Shown here: positions 19,286 through 28,558 of the stretch, one piece after another
Numbering within the stretch: position 1 is the stretch's first letter
How the letters are laid out: every line of letters starts with the position of its first letter
Source: Candidatus Marinacidobacterales bacterium
GTDB lineage: Bacteria; Acidobacteriota; Vicinamibacteria; Marinacidobacterales; SMYC01
Assembly: GCA_965237955.1 (NCBI GenBank)
Contig: OZ250169.1
Location: forward strand, 1,888,001 to 1,952,000
Length of the DNA: 64,000 bases
Reading direction: 5' to 3'
Made by a program: the position numbers and the translations under genes
Notes under the pieces: generated by a model
What the model saw: only the letters and a program-made list of their open reading frames with translations
The model's database searches: none
Told to the model about the DNA's origin: nothing

Positions 19286-20275
19286 ATGAAAAGGGAAAAA
19301 GGGCCGGTCTCTCGATTCATGGAGCACCACTTTCGCCATTTCAACGCGGCCACGGTCATCGATGCTTCGCGCGCGTACGAGGAGCTCGTCGACGGGGACG
19401 GCAAGATGATGATCACGCTCGCGGGGGCCATGAGCACGGCTGAGCTCGGACGCTCGCTCGCCGAGATGATCCGGCAGGAAAAAGTCGACATCATCTGTTG
19501 TACCGGTGCCAACCTCGAGGAAGACGTCTTCAACCTCGTCGCGCACAGCCACTACCAGCGGGTACCGCACTACCGCGAGCTCACCGCCGAGGACGAGGAG
19601 GCGCTCCTCGAGCAGCACTACAACCGCGTAACCGATACGTGCATCCCTGAGGAGGAGGCGATGCGGCGCATCGAGCACGGCATCTACGCGCTATGGGAGC
19701 GCGCCCACAAGGACAACGCACGCTATTTCCCCCATGAGTTCATCTACGAGCTCGTGCGCTCGGGCGAGCTCGAATCGTCCTACGACATCGATCCGGCAGA
19801 TAGCTGGGTCGTCGCGGCATGCGAGAGGAACCTTCCGCTCGTCGTCCCCGGTTGGGAAGACTCGACCCTCGGCAATTTCTTCGCTGCCCACTGCATCCAA
19901 AGGGAGCTGGACCCGAACGTGATGCGTAACGGGATCGAGTACATGATCGAGCTCGCGCGCTGGTACAGCGACAACGCCGAGAACGTCGAGAAAGGCGGCA
20001 TCGGGTTCTACCAAATTGGAGGCGGGATTGCGGGCGATTTTCCGATCTGCGTCGTTCCGATGCTCCACCAGGATCTTGGCAAAACCGACGTGCCCCGGTG
20101 GAGCTACTTCTGTCAGATCTCCGATTCCACCACCAGCTTCGGCTCGTACTCGGGCGCTGTCCCCAACGAGAAGATCACGTGGGGGAAACTCGGGGTCGAC
20201 ACGCCGAAATTCATCATCGAGTCGGACGCGTCGATCGTCGCCCCGCTGATGTTCGCCTGGATCCTCGGGCTGTAG
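19286..20275 (+). CDS. Deoxyhypusine synthase-like protein (probable homospermidine synthase)
   Basis: TLAGAMSTAE, CTGANLEED, PGWEDST, IGGG and GSYSGAVPNEKITWGK; RBS GAGGAGG. Confidence 0.85.
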   Translation: MKREKGPVSRFMEHHFRHFNAATVIDASRAYEELVDGDGKMMITLAGAMSTAELGRSLAEMIRQEKVDIICCTGANLEEDVFNLVAHSHYQRVPHYRELTAEDEEALLEQHYNRVTDTCIPEEEAMRRIEHGIYALWERAHKDNARYFPHEFIYELVRSGELESSYDIDPADSWVVAACERNLPLVVPGWEDSTLGNFFAAHCIQRELDPNVMRNGIEYMIELARWYSDNAENVEKGGIGFYQIGGGIAGDFPICVVPMLHQDLGKTDVPRWSYFCQISDSTTSFGSYSGAVPNEKITWGKLGVDTPKFIIESDASIVAPLMFAWILGL

Positions 20276-20276
20276 C

Positions 20277-20308
20277 CCCCCGCCTTCGCCAAGGCTACGG
20301 CGAGGCCT
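20277..20308. repeat. REP-like palindrome CCGCCTTCGCCAAGGCTACGGCG
   Basis: Short GC-rich imperfect palindrome immediately after the stop of the DHS-like gene. Confidence 0.5.
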
Positions 20309-20368
20309 TTCCGTTTTGACAAACACGCAAGTTTGCGTCGTTAAAAGATTTTTGCCTCTCCTGCCATT

Positions 20369-21589
20369 TCAGTGGATCCTCTCGAGGGTGAGACCGCCAC
20401 AGTTTAGGTAGACGAGACTGATGAGAGCTTCGGCAGAGTGGAGTCCAAAGCTGCGGTGGCTCAGCAGCCGGATTTTGTTGTTCATTCCTTCGAGTCGGCC
20501 GTTGCTGAGTCTCCACGTGACCCACGCGATGACGCCATCGAAGTGGCTGCGGATCATCTTCGCCGCGCGTTTGACGGGCTCTATCCTCGAGCTCATAGCG
20601 CGCCGCAGCCATCCTCGGAGAAACTTCTTGGCCCATGTCTCGGTTTTGTAGGTGTAGAGGTCCATGAAGTCGTCGCGCAGAAGCATGGCGCGGTAGAGGC
20701 GACGATTAGCTCGCACCTGCTCGCGGAGCACCCGTTTGTCTTTCGCGCTGCGGTTGTGTTTGGCCTTGAGAAGGGGAAACTTGGTGTTCTTGAGGTTGCG
20801 CCGGGCAGTCCCTTTGAGCTCGCGCACCAGCTCGCGCCGGGTCTTATCCACGGCCTCGTTCAGATGCTTGACGATGTGGAAGCGGTCAAAGATCACCCGT
20901 GCCTGAGGAGCCTTTTTGCCGACGACAGTTATGTACGGCTCCCACATGTCCATGCTGACCGCTTCGAGCTCCGCGGCTCTTTGTGGTCCGAGCTTGCGGA
21001 AAAACCGCAGCAGCGTCTTGGCCTTGCGCTCCTTTCCCGCCCAGACGACCCGGCCGCTGAGATGGTCTATTACCACTGTTAAGTACTTGTGGCGTTTGCG
21101 GTAGCTGATCTCGTCCATCCCAATCACCCGCAATCCATCGAGCTCGCGCCGCTCATCCCGCTGCTCGGCAACCACTCGCTGGATGATCCGTCGCACCGAA
21201 CGCCACGTCACTCGGAAATAGTTCGCTACGGCGCTGACGTCCGTCCTCTGTGCCAGCCACGCTACCTCTTGTTCGAAGCTTTTGGTAAAGCGGCTTCCCT
21301 TGTCTGCCCAAGGCACCTTTTCTCTGACCACTCCACACCGCCGACATACCACTCGTCGGATCGAGTAGCGAAGATAGGTCCGGACTCCGAACAGGTCCAA
21401 GTGCCGCCAGTAGCGATTGTAGCGATCTTTGTTCTTGCGGACCTTTCGTCCGCAAATCCCGCACAGAGGCTTCCTCCTCCGTGGTACTACATCCACCACC
21501 ACTCTGGCTTTGTCCGCCTGGAAGTAGAAACCTCGGACCCACAGGCCTTGCAATCCGATGAGCTTGTTGACTAACGTAGTAACGCGCAT
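20369..21589 (-). CDS. ISL3 transposase, intact
   Basis: CGICG...CRRCG zinc finger, IGMDE, SMDMW, DRFH and SNGRLEGMNNKI. Start MRVTTLV. Confidence 0.92.
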   Translation of the reverse strand: MRVTTLVNKLIGLQGLWVRGFYFQADKARVVVDVVPRRRKPLCGICGRKVRKNKDRYNRYWRHLDLFGVRTYLRYSIRRVVCRRCGVVREKVPWADKGSRFTKSFEQEVAWLAQRTDVSAVANYFRVTWRSVRRIIQRVVAEQRDERRELDGLRVIGMDEISYRKRHKYLTVVIDHLSGRVVWAGKERKAKTLLRFFRKLGPQRAAELEAVSMDMWEPYITVVGKKAPQARVIFDRFHIVKHLNEAVDKTRRELVRELKGTARRNLKNTKFPLLKAKHNRSAKDKRVLREQVRANRRLYRAMLLRDDFMDLYTYKTETWAKKFLRGWLRRAMSSRIEPVKRAAKMIRSHFDGVIAWVTWRLSNGRLEGMNNKIRLLSHRSFGLHSAEALISLVYLNCGGLTLERIH

Positions 21590-21714
21590 CGCGGGAACGC
21601 TCTTTTCTCTTTCGGAAAAAAAGATTCTAGCGTTCTCGCCGATGCGCATCTACACATGGCTTACCCTCTCAACCCACGGGCCTCACCAAATGCCACTGCC
21701 CCTCAGCGAGAGAC

Positions 21715-22027
21715 GAGGCTGTGGGAAACGCCCCCACGGTTCTGGTCGTTCAGACCTTGCTCACGACTGAGTTCTCTTCGAAGCCTGGAAGGGCGTTTTC
21801 CATAGCCTCCACTAATCGAGCCCCCCCTTCCTTATTCCATATGAATTAATCTTTCTTGTATATATATCAGGAGGGGCCTGTGGGCGCTCGTGGGAAACGC
21901 GAAGCGTTTTCCAAGCGATTGTGGAAAACGCCGCTCCACGTTTGTACGTGCTCACAACCTTTCCCTAAACGCCTCTCTCGCCCGGAGTTTCCGGCGTTTT
22001 CCACAATCGCGGCAGCGTCCATAGGCC
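21715..22027 (+). ncRNA. Putative structured RNA (or ssDNA) inside ISL3 element 2
   Basis: Four stems built on TG(G/T)GAAAACGC/GCGTTTTCCA; their mismatches are G-U compatible only on the + strand. Confidence 0.45.
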
Positions 22028-22149
22028 ATGCCCTCCAACACAAATCAGATCCCCCGAAACGACAGGAGAACCAGATTTTTTCCTCACACCGGCCTCTGCT
22101 TCTTGGTAAAGTACCCATACCGCTGCCCATCACGCTCGTGCTTTGGAGC

Positions 22150-23004
22150 ATGAGTATTCGGAGACGTATTGCAAGAATGGTGATTGACAAGCTAGCGGCA
22201 AGGGCCGACTGGGTTCGAGACTTCTGCGATCAATCGCGGGTCATCCAGGCGCCTTTCGCCATATTTCCACCTCACGAGAGTCAGCTTCCCGTCAAGACGT
22301 CACTCGTCCCACGAGATGGCGAGATGATTTCAGGTCAATTCGCCAAGCCGCTCTGCAACAACATGGTCGTTTTCGGCAACGGCGAGGAGGGTCGCGAGCA
22401 GGGAGCTCTGTTCATTCGAAGCTCCGACATCGGGTTGGTGCCCGAGTCGGTAGGCCGTTGGGCGCCGGACGGAGCCACCCACGTGCTGCTGACCACCGTC
22501 GTCGGTCTGACCGAGAGATTCGACTGTCTCGTGACCTATCGCTTCCTTACGTTCTGCGCTGAGCACTTCTCGACACCGCCGGCGATGGCGCTCGCCCGGG
22601 AAATGTCGAACCAGGCGTTCAAGGAAGTGAACGAGTTCGCACCGGAGCGAGCGGGTGCGGTGATCGAACTTCCCGAACAGGACTGGAAGAATTTTATTCA
22701 GCACCAGGTCGGCGCGATGGCGGCGCCGTTCGCTCTCATGAACTGCAGGAACGTCGTGCGCGAGACGGTGAGCCCTGACCACAAGCTACAACGTTCCCGT
22801 CGAAAGTCGGGCAAGATCCCGCTCTACAATTTCTCCACGCTGAAGATGAAGCCGATGGGTCGCAACGCGGGCGAAGCCGCGCGAGCGATCCACTGGGTGC
22901 GGGGCCACTTCAAGCAGTACACGCCCGACAAACCTCTGTTCGGCAAGATCGCGGGGCTCTTCTGGTGGGAGCCGCACCTCGCCGGCGCCGCCGTGGCTGA
23001 CTAG
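22150..23004 (+). CDS. Hypothetical protein with C-terminal HxVRGH motif (phage-like)
   Basis: Open frame from ATG 22150 with RBS ggag. Basic C-terminus ...RKSGK...AIHWVRGHFKQY...LFWWEPHLAG. Confidence 0.65.
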   Translation: MSIRRRIARMVIDKLAARADWVRDFCDQSRVIQAPFAIFPPHESQLPVKTSLVPRDGEMISGQFAKPLCNNMVVFGNGEEGREQGALFIRSSDIGLVPESVGRWAPDGATHVLLTTVVGLTERFDCLVTYRFLTFCAEHFSTPPAMALAREMSNQAFKEVNEFAPERAGAVIELPEQDWKNFIQHQVGAMAAPFALMNCRNVVRETVSPDHKLQRSRRKSGKIPLYNFSTLKMKPMGRNAGEAARAIHWVRGHFKQYTPDKPLFGKIAGLFWWEPHLAGAAVAD

Positions 23005-23041
23005 GTCCCGCCCTACCGCGTGCCGCGAATCGGTGAGAGTG

Positions 23042-23330
23042 TCACTTCTCCGAGATCGTCGCACCCGCGAGCTCGGCGATCGCCGCGAGCGTCGTCTGCC
23101 CGGCGTTGAGGCCTAGACGGAAGTCGTCGTCGGTGAACGTGGAGTAGAGGTCCGTCGGCTGGTGCCAGTTCGGATTCATCCGGCGCCGACGTGCGCGCCG
23201 CGGTCGTTCTCGCGGAGGCTTAACGCGGGCACGACGTTCATGAACGGAGTCGAGTCCGTGTTCGTCATGTGCGGCCCGACGGTCGCGGGATAGTCGGTCG
23301 CGTACACGTCGCTCGCCGCCTTGAAAAAGA
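23042..23330 (-). pseudogene. C-terminal fragment of a probable M28-type peptidase
   Basis: YATDYPATVGPHMTNTDSTPF...SLREN, then a frameshift to PNWHQPTDLYSTF...FRLGLNA.QTTL. Confidence 0.55.
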
Positions 23331-23451
23331 AAGCAAGCTCTCGCGCTTCGTCGGCCAGTCAACCACTCCAAGGTATACCGACGGCGTGTTGTATCATCCT
23401 CGCCCTGCGTGATATTCGGGTCCAACCGGCCCTAGGCATCCGTGAGGTAAC

Positions 23452-24931
23452 GTGATGAAACGAATCATCGGCACGCCGATCCCGTGGCTCCTCTGTTTCG
23501 GATTGACCGCGTTTGGCACCTTTGCCGCGGCGCAGGAGCTGGACCTCGTCATCGAAGGGGGCCGCGTCATGGATCCGGAGACGGGTCTCGACGCCGTCCG
23601 AAACGTCGGTATCTCGGACGGAGTGATCAGAACCATTACCGACGAAACCCTGACAGGAATCGAGAGCCTCGATGCGAGCGGCCGTGTCGTCGCTCCCGGC
23701 TTCATCGATCTGCACGCGCATGGCCAGGACCCCGTCAGCAACAAGCTTCAGGCAGCGGACGGCGTGACGAGCGCTCTGGAGATGGAGATCGGCGTCTACC
23801 CGGTCGGCGAGTGGCTCACTTCGAGAAAGGGCGATGCCCTCATCCACTATGGCGCCACCGTAGGTCACTGGCCGGCGCGGGCCCAGCTCATGGATGCCGT
23901 CGCGCTCAAGCACCTTTCCCACGCTTCCGCCGGAGGAGCAGGCGAGGCTCAACACCGGCCAGCACGCGTACAAGGAAGCCTCCGAGCAGGAACTCGAGAG
24001 ATTGAGCGCGATGCTCTCCCAGGGTCTAGACGAGGGTGGGCTCGGGATCGGCTTCGGGCTCACCTATACGCCTGGTGCGTCGCGCGTCGAGATCCTAAGG
24101 CTCTTCGAGCTTGCCGCGAGCCGCGGCGTTCCGATCTACATCCACCTTCGCGGCGAGAACTCGGGCGGAACGCTTGGCGCGTTCCAGGAGGTCATCGCGA
24201 ACGCCGCGTCGACGGGAGTCTCGGCGCATATCGTCCACATGAACAGCAGCGCGGGCGAGCTGGCAAAAGTAACGCTCGGCATGATCCGCGGCGCACGAGA
24301 GCGAGGGCTCGACGTGACCACTGAAGCCTATCCGTATACGGCGGGCTCCACGTTGATCCAATCGGCCTTGTTCGACTCGTGGCAGGACCTCACCGACGAG
24401 GACTACCAGAGGCTCCAGTGGCCGCCAACCGGCGAGCGGCTGACGACGAAGACGTTCACGAAGTACCGTGCCTATGGCGGCTGGGTCATCATCCACGGGC
24501 GCAACGAAGCCACGAACGAGTGGATCGTCGCGCAGCCGGACGTCATCGTAGCGAGCGACGGCATTCCGTACCTCTACGGGCCCGCGCATCCCCGCGGCGC
24601 GGGAACCTACTCGCGAATCCTGGGTCACTACGTACGCGAGCGGGGAACGCTCGGTCTGATGGACGCACTCGCCAAGATGACGCTTCTTCCCGCGCGAAGG
24701 CTCGAGCGTGCCGCGCCTTCGATGAAGAGAAAAGGCCGGGTTCAGGTCGGCGCCGACGCCGACCTCGCGATTTTCGATCCGCGCACCATCATCGACCGCT
24801 CGACCTACACCAAGGGAGACACGCCGTCTGCGGGCATGATCCACGTTCTCGTCGGCGGCACTTTCGTCGTACGGGATACCGAGCTTGTCCCCGACGTTTC
24901 GCCCGGACAAGCGATCCTCGGCGGGTCCTGA
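23452..24931 (+). pseudogene. Exported N-acyl-D-amino acid deacylase-like amidohydrolase with one frameshift (near 23914)
   Basis: GGRVMDPE, PGFIDLHAH, then in a second frame TEAYPY, HPRGAG and KGRVQVGADADL. Confidence 0.8.
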
Positions 24932-25220
24932 TCTGCGAGCGATCGACGGTACAAATCGTAGATAGTGAACCAGGCGGGTTCGTCCTCAAAGGAATCGAAA
25001 ACGTGGCTATCCCATTCGATCAACTCGGCGCGTCGCTCCGGCGAGACGTAGAGGCCGGCGAAAGGCGCCCGGGCCGGTAGGGCCAGTGGACATCCGTCGT
25101 CTGGAAGTGTACCCAATAAGGCTCGGCCGGGAGCTCCTCGCGAAACTGCCAGAACTCCTGGTGAAGCTCCGCCGACGAAGCCGAATGGTGCTCCGGGCCA
25201 TGATCCTGCATGTAATCCAC
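24930..25220 (-). pseudogene. Internal fragment of a sulfatase-like gene
   Basis: PYWVHFQTTDVHWPY..., frameshifted into PFAGLYV; both ends are missing. Confidence 0.45.
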
Positions 25221-25523
25221 ACCGCGCTCGAGAAGAGAACTGTGGGCGGACGGGTCTAGGTCGTCGTTACTCGCGTCAACTGCGTTTCGACGCAGTACCG
25301 TATTGGCGAAGCGTTCGCTCGCGACCCGGAGCCGAACGAGCGCATAGATCTATGGCTGCCCTGACGCCGGGCGCGAACGCGCCCAACGGGTGGTTCTGGA
25401 ACGACACCGAGGCTCGCAACGAGCTCCTGTTCACTGCTCAGGCGACCTTCCTTCCCGAGCGAGTCGGTCTCCGTGCCGGCAACCTCTACAAGCTCATCGC
25501 TCGACATCGGGTAAGCTTGTGCC

Positions 25524-25955
25524 ATGGCGAAGCGTCTCTCGCTGGGATTTCTCACCGTAGCTTCGCTCGCCATCCTCGTCATTTTCTTTGTCGAGCTTCG
25601 AGCTCTGTCGTGGCTTTTCGCGGTGCTCGTCATGGGATTCCCCATCGCCCTAGTGACGTTGGCGGTGAGTCGCGATGGGCGGCTCGGGCGCTTGCGCCTC
25701 CCTCTCGTCGTGCTGTCCGCCATGCTCCAATGCGGTGTGATCGGCGTCCTGGCGTTCGATGGTTCGGGAATCACCGGCTTTTACGGATTGCCAATCTCGC
25801 TGCACTTTCTCCTTCTTCTGATCTGGCTTGGTCCTCTGTGTGTGACCACGTTGACGTATGCGGCGACGTTTTCCGAGCTCGGCATCGATGACGAGTTGCT
25901 CGGGCGGTTGAAGCAAATGCGGCGCGACCGGCACGTCGAACCTGATCGAACGTGA
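25524..25955 (+). CDS. Small integral membrane protein, probable partner of the downstream symporter
   Basis: About 4 hydrophobic segments; the stop overlaps the symporter start (GTGA). Confidence 0.65.
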   Translation: MAKRLSLGFLTVASLAILVIFFVELRALSWLFAVLVMGFPIALVTLAVSRDGRLGRLRLPLVVLSAMLQCGVIGVLAFDGSGITGFYGLPISLHFLLLLIWLGPLCVTTLTYAATFSELGIDDELLGRLKQMRRDRHVEPDRT

Positions 25956-27466
25956 CGGGATTGGACATACCGGATAGATCACTCATCATCGGAGTGGCGA
26001 GCGTCTATCTCCTTCTCGTGCTGATGGTGGGCCTTTGGTCGGCGCGGCGGACGAAGACGGCGAAGGACTTCTGGATCGCCGGACAGAATATAGGACTCCT
26101 GACGACGGGGCTCGCCACGACGTCCGCAGCGTTCAGCGGCTTCGTCTTCCTGGGAGGGCCGGGACTCACCTACCAATTGGGCGCCGGGTCGCTTTTCATC
26201 GTCGTCGCTGGAGGCTTCACCGCCGGGTTGATTTGCTGGGTGCTGGCGAAGCGTCTTCGGCTTCTCGCGGCGGTGCGAGAGGTGTACACGATCCCCGACG
26301 CCATCTTGTGCCGGTACCGCAATCGAGCTGCCTCCGGCATAGCCGCCCTCGCCGTGCTCGCGGGGACTGTTGCCTATCTGGGCGCGCAGTTTCTGGCACT
26401 GGGACGGCTCGTCGAGGCGGTGTTCGGGACCCGCGAGCTCTTCGGCCCGCAGAGTCTCGCGATCGCGGTGAGCGCCGGGGTCGTGGTGGTCGTGCTGTAC
26501 TCCTGCCTCGGCGGCATGATCGCTGGTGTCTACACCGACCTGCTTCAGGGATCATTGATGACGCTGGTGGCCGGCGTGGTGTTCATCCACGCGATTGTGG
26601 AGGGTGGCGGCGGCGCCCGCATCGCGGAGAGTATCGCGCAGTCGGAGGCGTTCGGAGCTTCGTTTTTAGAGCCTCTGGGGCGCGTCCCGGTATTGACGGC
26701 GGTGGGTTTCTATTTCGTGTTCGCCATCGGCATCCTCGGGCAGCCGCACATGCTCCACAAGTTCTATATGATCGATGATCCGCGAAAGTTAAAGTGGATC
26801 CCGCTGGTCGTCGGTTCCACGCAAACGCTCTGTGTGCTGATTTGGCTCGGTCTCGGTCTCGTTGTACCGGCATTGGTCGCGCAAGGACGACTCGCTCCTT
26901 TGGTGCAGCCCGACGATGCGGCACCGACCTATTTGCTGGAGTTCGCCCCGACGCTCCTCGCGGGTTTGGTGTTTGCCGGCATCCTAGCCGCGATCATGTC
27001 CACCGCGGACTCATTCGTGAACATCGGCTCGGCGGCGCTCGTTCGAGACCTGCCCCGCGCCCTGGGACGCACCTTGAGCCGGGAGCTTTTCTGGGGACGG
27101 GTGGCGGTCGTGGTTATCGCGGCGGCGGCTGGGGCGTTGGCGATACTGTCCGGGGATTTGATTGCGATCCTGGGTACGTTCGCCTTCGGAACGTTCGGTG
27201 CGGCCTTGGCTCCGGCGCTGGCGGTCGGGCTCAATTGGAAGCGCGTCACGGCCAGTGCCGCTATTGCCTCGATGCTCGTGGGCATCGTCGTCAACCTCGG
27301 GCTCGAGGTACTTGCGAGGAGTGGCGTCACCGTCTTGCAGCCGGGAGTGCTACCCACCGCCGTGTCCCTCGCCGCGTCGTTTACCGTGCTTTTTCTGGTG
27401 AGCTGGTTATCGACCCCCAAGCCGGGAGCGATCGACGACGACGTGGCGTTCGTGATGGATCACTAG
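25952..27466 (+). CDS. Sodium:solute symporter (SSS; PutP/PanF-like)
   Basis: DFWIAG, SGFVFLGGPG, GGMIAGVYTD..QG, GQPH and AAIMSTADS. Confidence 0.9.
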   Translation: MTGLDIPDRSLIIGVASVYLLLVLMVGLWSARRTKTAKDFWIAGQNIGLLTTGLATTSAAFSGFVFLGGPGLTYQLGAGSLFIVVAGGFTAGLICWVLAKRLRLLAAVREVYTIPDAILCRYRNRAASGIAALAVLAGTVAYLGAQFLALGRLVEAVFGTRELFGPQSLAIAVSAGVVVVVLYSCLGGMIAGVYTDLLQGSLMTLVAGVVFIHAIVEGGGGARIAESIAQSEAFGASFLEPLGRVPVLTAVGFYFVFAIGILGQPHMLHKFYMIDDPRKLKWIPLVVGSTQTLCVLIWLGLGLVVPALVAQGRLAPLVQPDDAAPTYLLEFAPTLLAGLVFAGILAAIMSTADSFVNIGSAALVRDLPRALGRTLSRELFWGRVAVVVIAAAAGALAILSGDLIAILGTFAFGTFGAALAPALAVGLNWKRVTASAAIASMLVGIVVNLGLEVLARSGVTVLQPGVLPTAVSLAASFTVLFLVSWLSTPKPGAIDDDVAFVMDH

Positions 27467-27490
27467 AGCCGTGCGTATGTATCGAGACTC

Positions 27491-28558
27491 CTACGGTCTG
27501 AACCGCACGTACTTCACCAACCGCTGGCGGCCGACCTCGCCGGCGTAGATGTTGCCCTGGAAATCCACACCGAGAAACTCCACGCCCGTACCGTCGGGCG
27601 CTTCGGAATCGGGAATGAATGCCGTGACCCAACCGGTCTGGACGTCTCCGATCCGGATACCGCGCTCCCACCCGGGGTTCCACTGGTCGTTGGACATCCC
27701 ATCGCCCGCATAGATCACGCCTTCGGTGTCGACGAACACCGTGGATGGTCGAGAGAACTGTGTCCACACCGCGAGGAGGTTTCCTTGCTGATCTAAAATC
27801 TGGACGCGGTTGTTTCCCCGATCGGCGACGATGAGTCGGCCCTCGGCGTCCATGGCGAGGTCATGCGGATCGTTGAACTTGCCGGGATCGCCGCTCTTCG
27901 ATTCCACGCCACCGCCCACTTCCAGGAGGAATTTCGCGTCGCTCGAGAACTTGACGATGCGGTTGTTGCCGCCGCGATGCCCGTCCGCAATCCAAATGTC
28001 GCCGTTGGGCGCCACCACGACACCCGCAGGTCCGTTGAAGTGGTTCGGGCCGTGCCCCGAGACGCCGGCTTCGCCCAGCGTCATCACCACGTTGCCATCC
28101 TGGTCGAGCTTGAAGACCTGGTGCCCGAGGCCGCGCTTGAGCCCTTCGACTTCTCGACGGTCGCCGGCCGGCGCCGCTTCGGTGACCCATAAGTATCCTT
28201 CGTGGTCGAGAAAGAAACCGTGCGGAAACGAGAACATCCGCGCGCCAAAGCTCTTCACCACGTTCCCGTCCAGATCGAACTTGAAAATGGCGTCCTGATC
28301 CGAGCTCGCGCAATGGTTCGCGCCGCACCTGGACAAGATCCACATGTGCTCGCCGTCGGGATCGGGGAAGATGCCGCTCGGCACTCCGAGCTTCCAACCG
28401 TTGGGCATCTTCTCCCAGCCGTGAACGGCGTGATACGGATTGTTGGCGACCGATTGAGCGGGTGAGCTCGCACCCCACGTCACGACCAGCGCTGCCATAA
28501 CTAGCACGAATACCCGAGTGGACTGAAACGTCACGACACGACCTCCTCTCTCAATCAA
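27491..28558 (-). CDS. Exported NHL-repeat protein (peptidyl-alpha-hydroxyglycine amidating lyase-like)
   Basis: Repeats FSFPHG, FNGPAGV..IWIADG..NNRIVKF and FNDPHDL..VADRGNNRVQI; signal peptide. Exact start uncertain. Confidence 0.8.
   Translation of the reverse strand: MIERGGRVVTFQSTRVFVLVMAALVVTWGASSPAQSVANNPYHAVHGWEKMPNGWKLGVPSGIFPDPDGEHMWILSRCGANHCASSDQDAIFKFDLDGNVVKSFGARMFSFPHGFFLDHEGYLWVTEAAPAGDRREVEGLKRGLGHQVFKLDQDGNVVMTLGEAGVSGHGPNHFNGPAGVVVAPNGDIWIADGHRGGNNRIVKFSSDAKFLLEVGGGVESKSGDPGKFNDPHDLAMDAEGRLIVADRGNNRVQILDQQGNLLAVWTQFSRPSTVFVDTEGVIYAGDGMSNDQWNPGWERGIRIGDVQTGWVTAFIPDSEAPDGTGVEFLGVDFQGNIYAGEVGRQRLVKYVRFRP

Larger units (their letters stand above)
20354..22072 (-). mobile_element. 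ISL3-family insertion sequence (element 2, 1719 bp) with long non-coding 5' region
   Basis: Imperfect IRs GCCTCTCCTGCCATTTCAGTGGATC / GGTTCTCCTGTCGTTTCGGGGGATC; 8-bp direct repeat AGATTTTT at 20346-20353 and 22073-22080. Confidence 0.9.

Noticed and set aside
14811-22072. Composite transposon carrying the polyamine operon
   Set aside because: The two ISL3 elements have different IRs and each has its own target duplication, so they inserted independently.
25352-25520. ORF MAALTPGANAPNGWFWNDTEARNELLF...
   Set aside because: It may be another gene scrap, but no family is recognisable and its 3' part overlaps the better-supported membrane protein gene.
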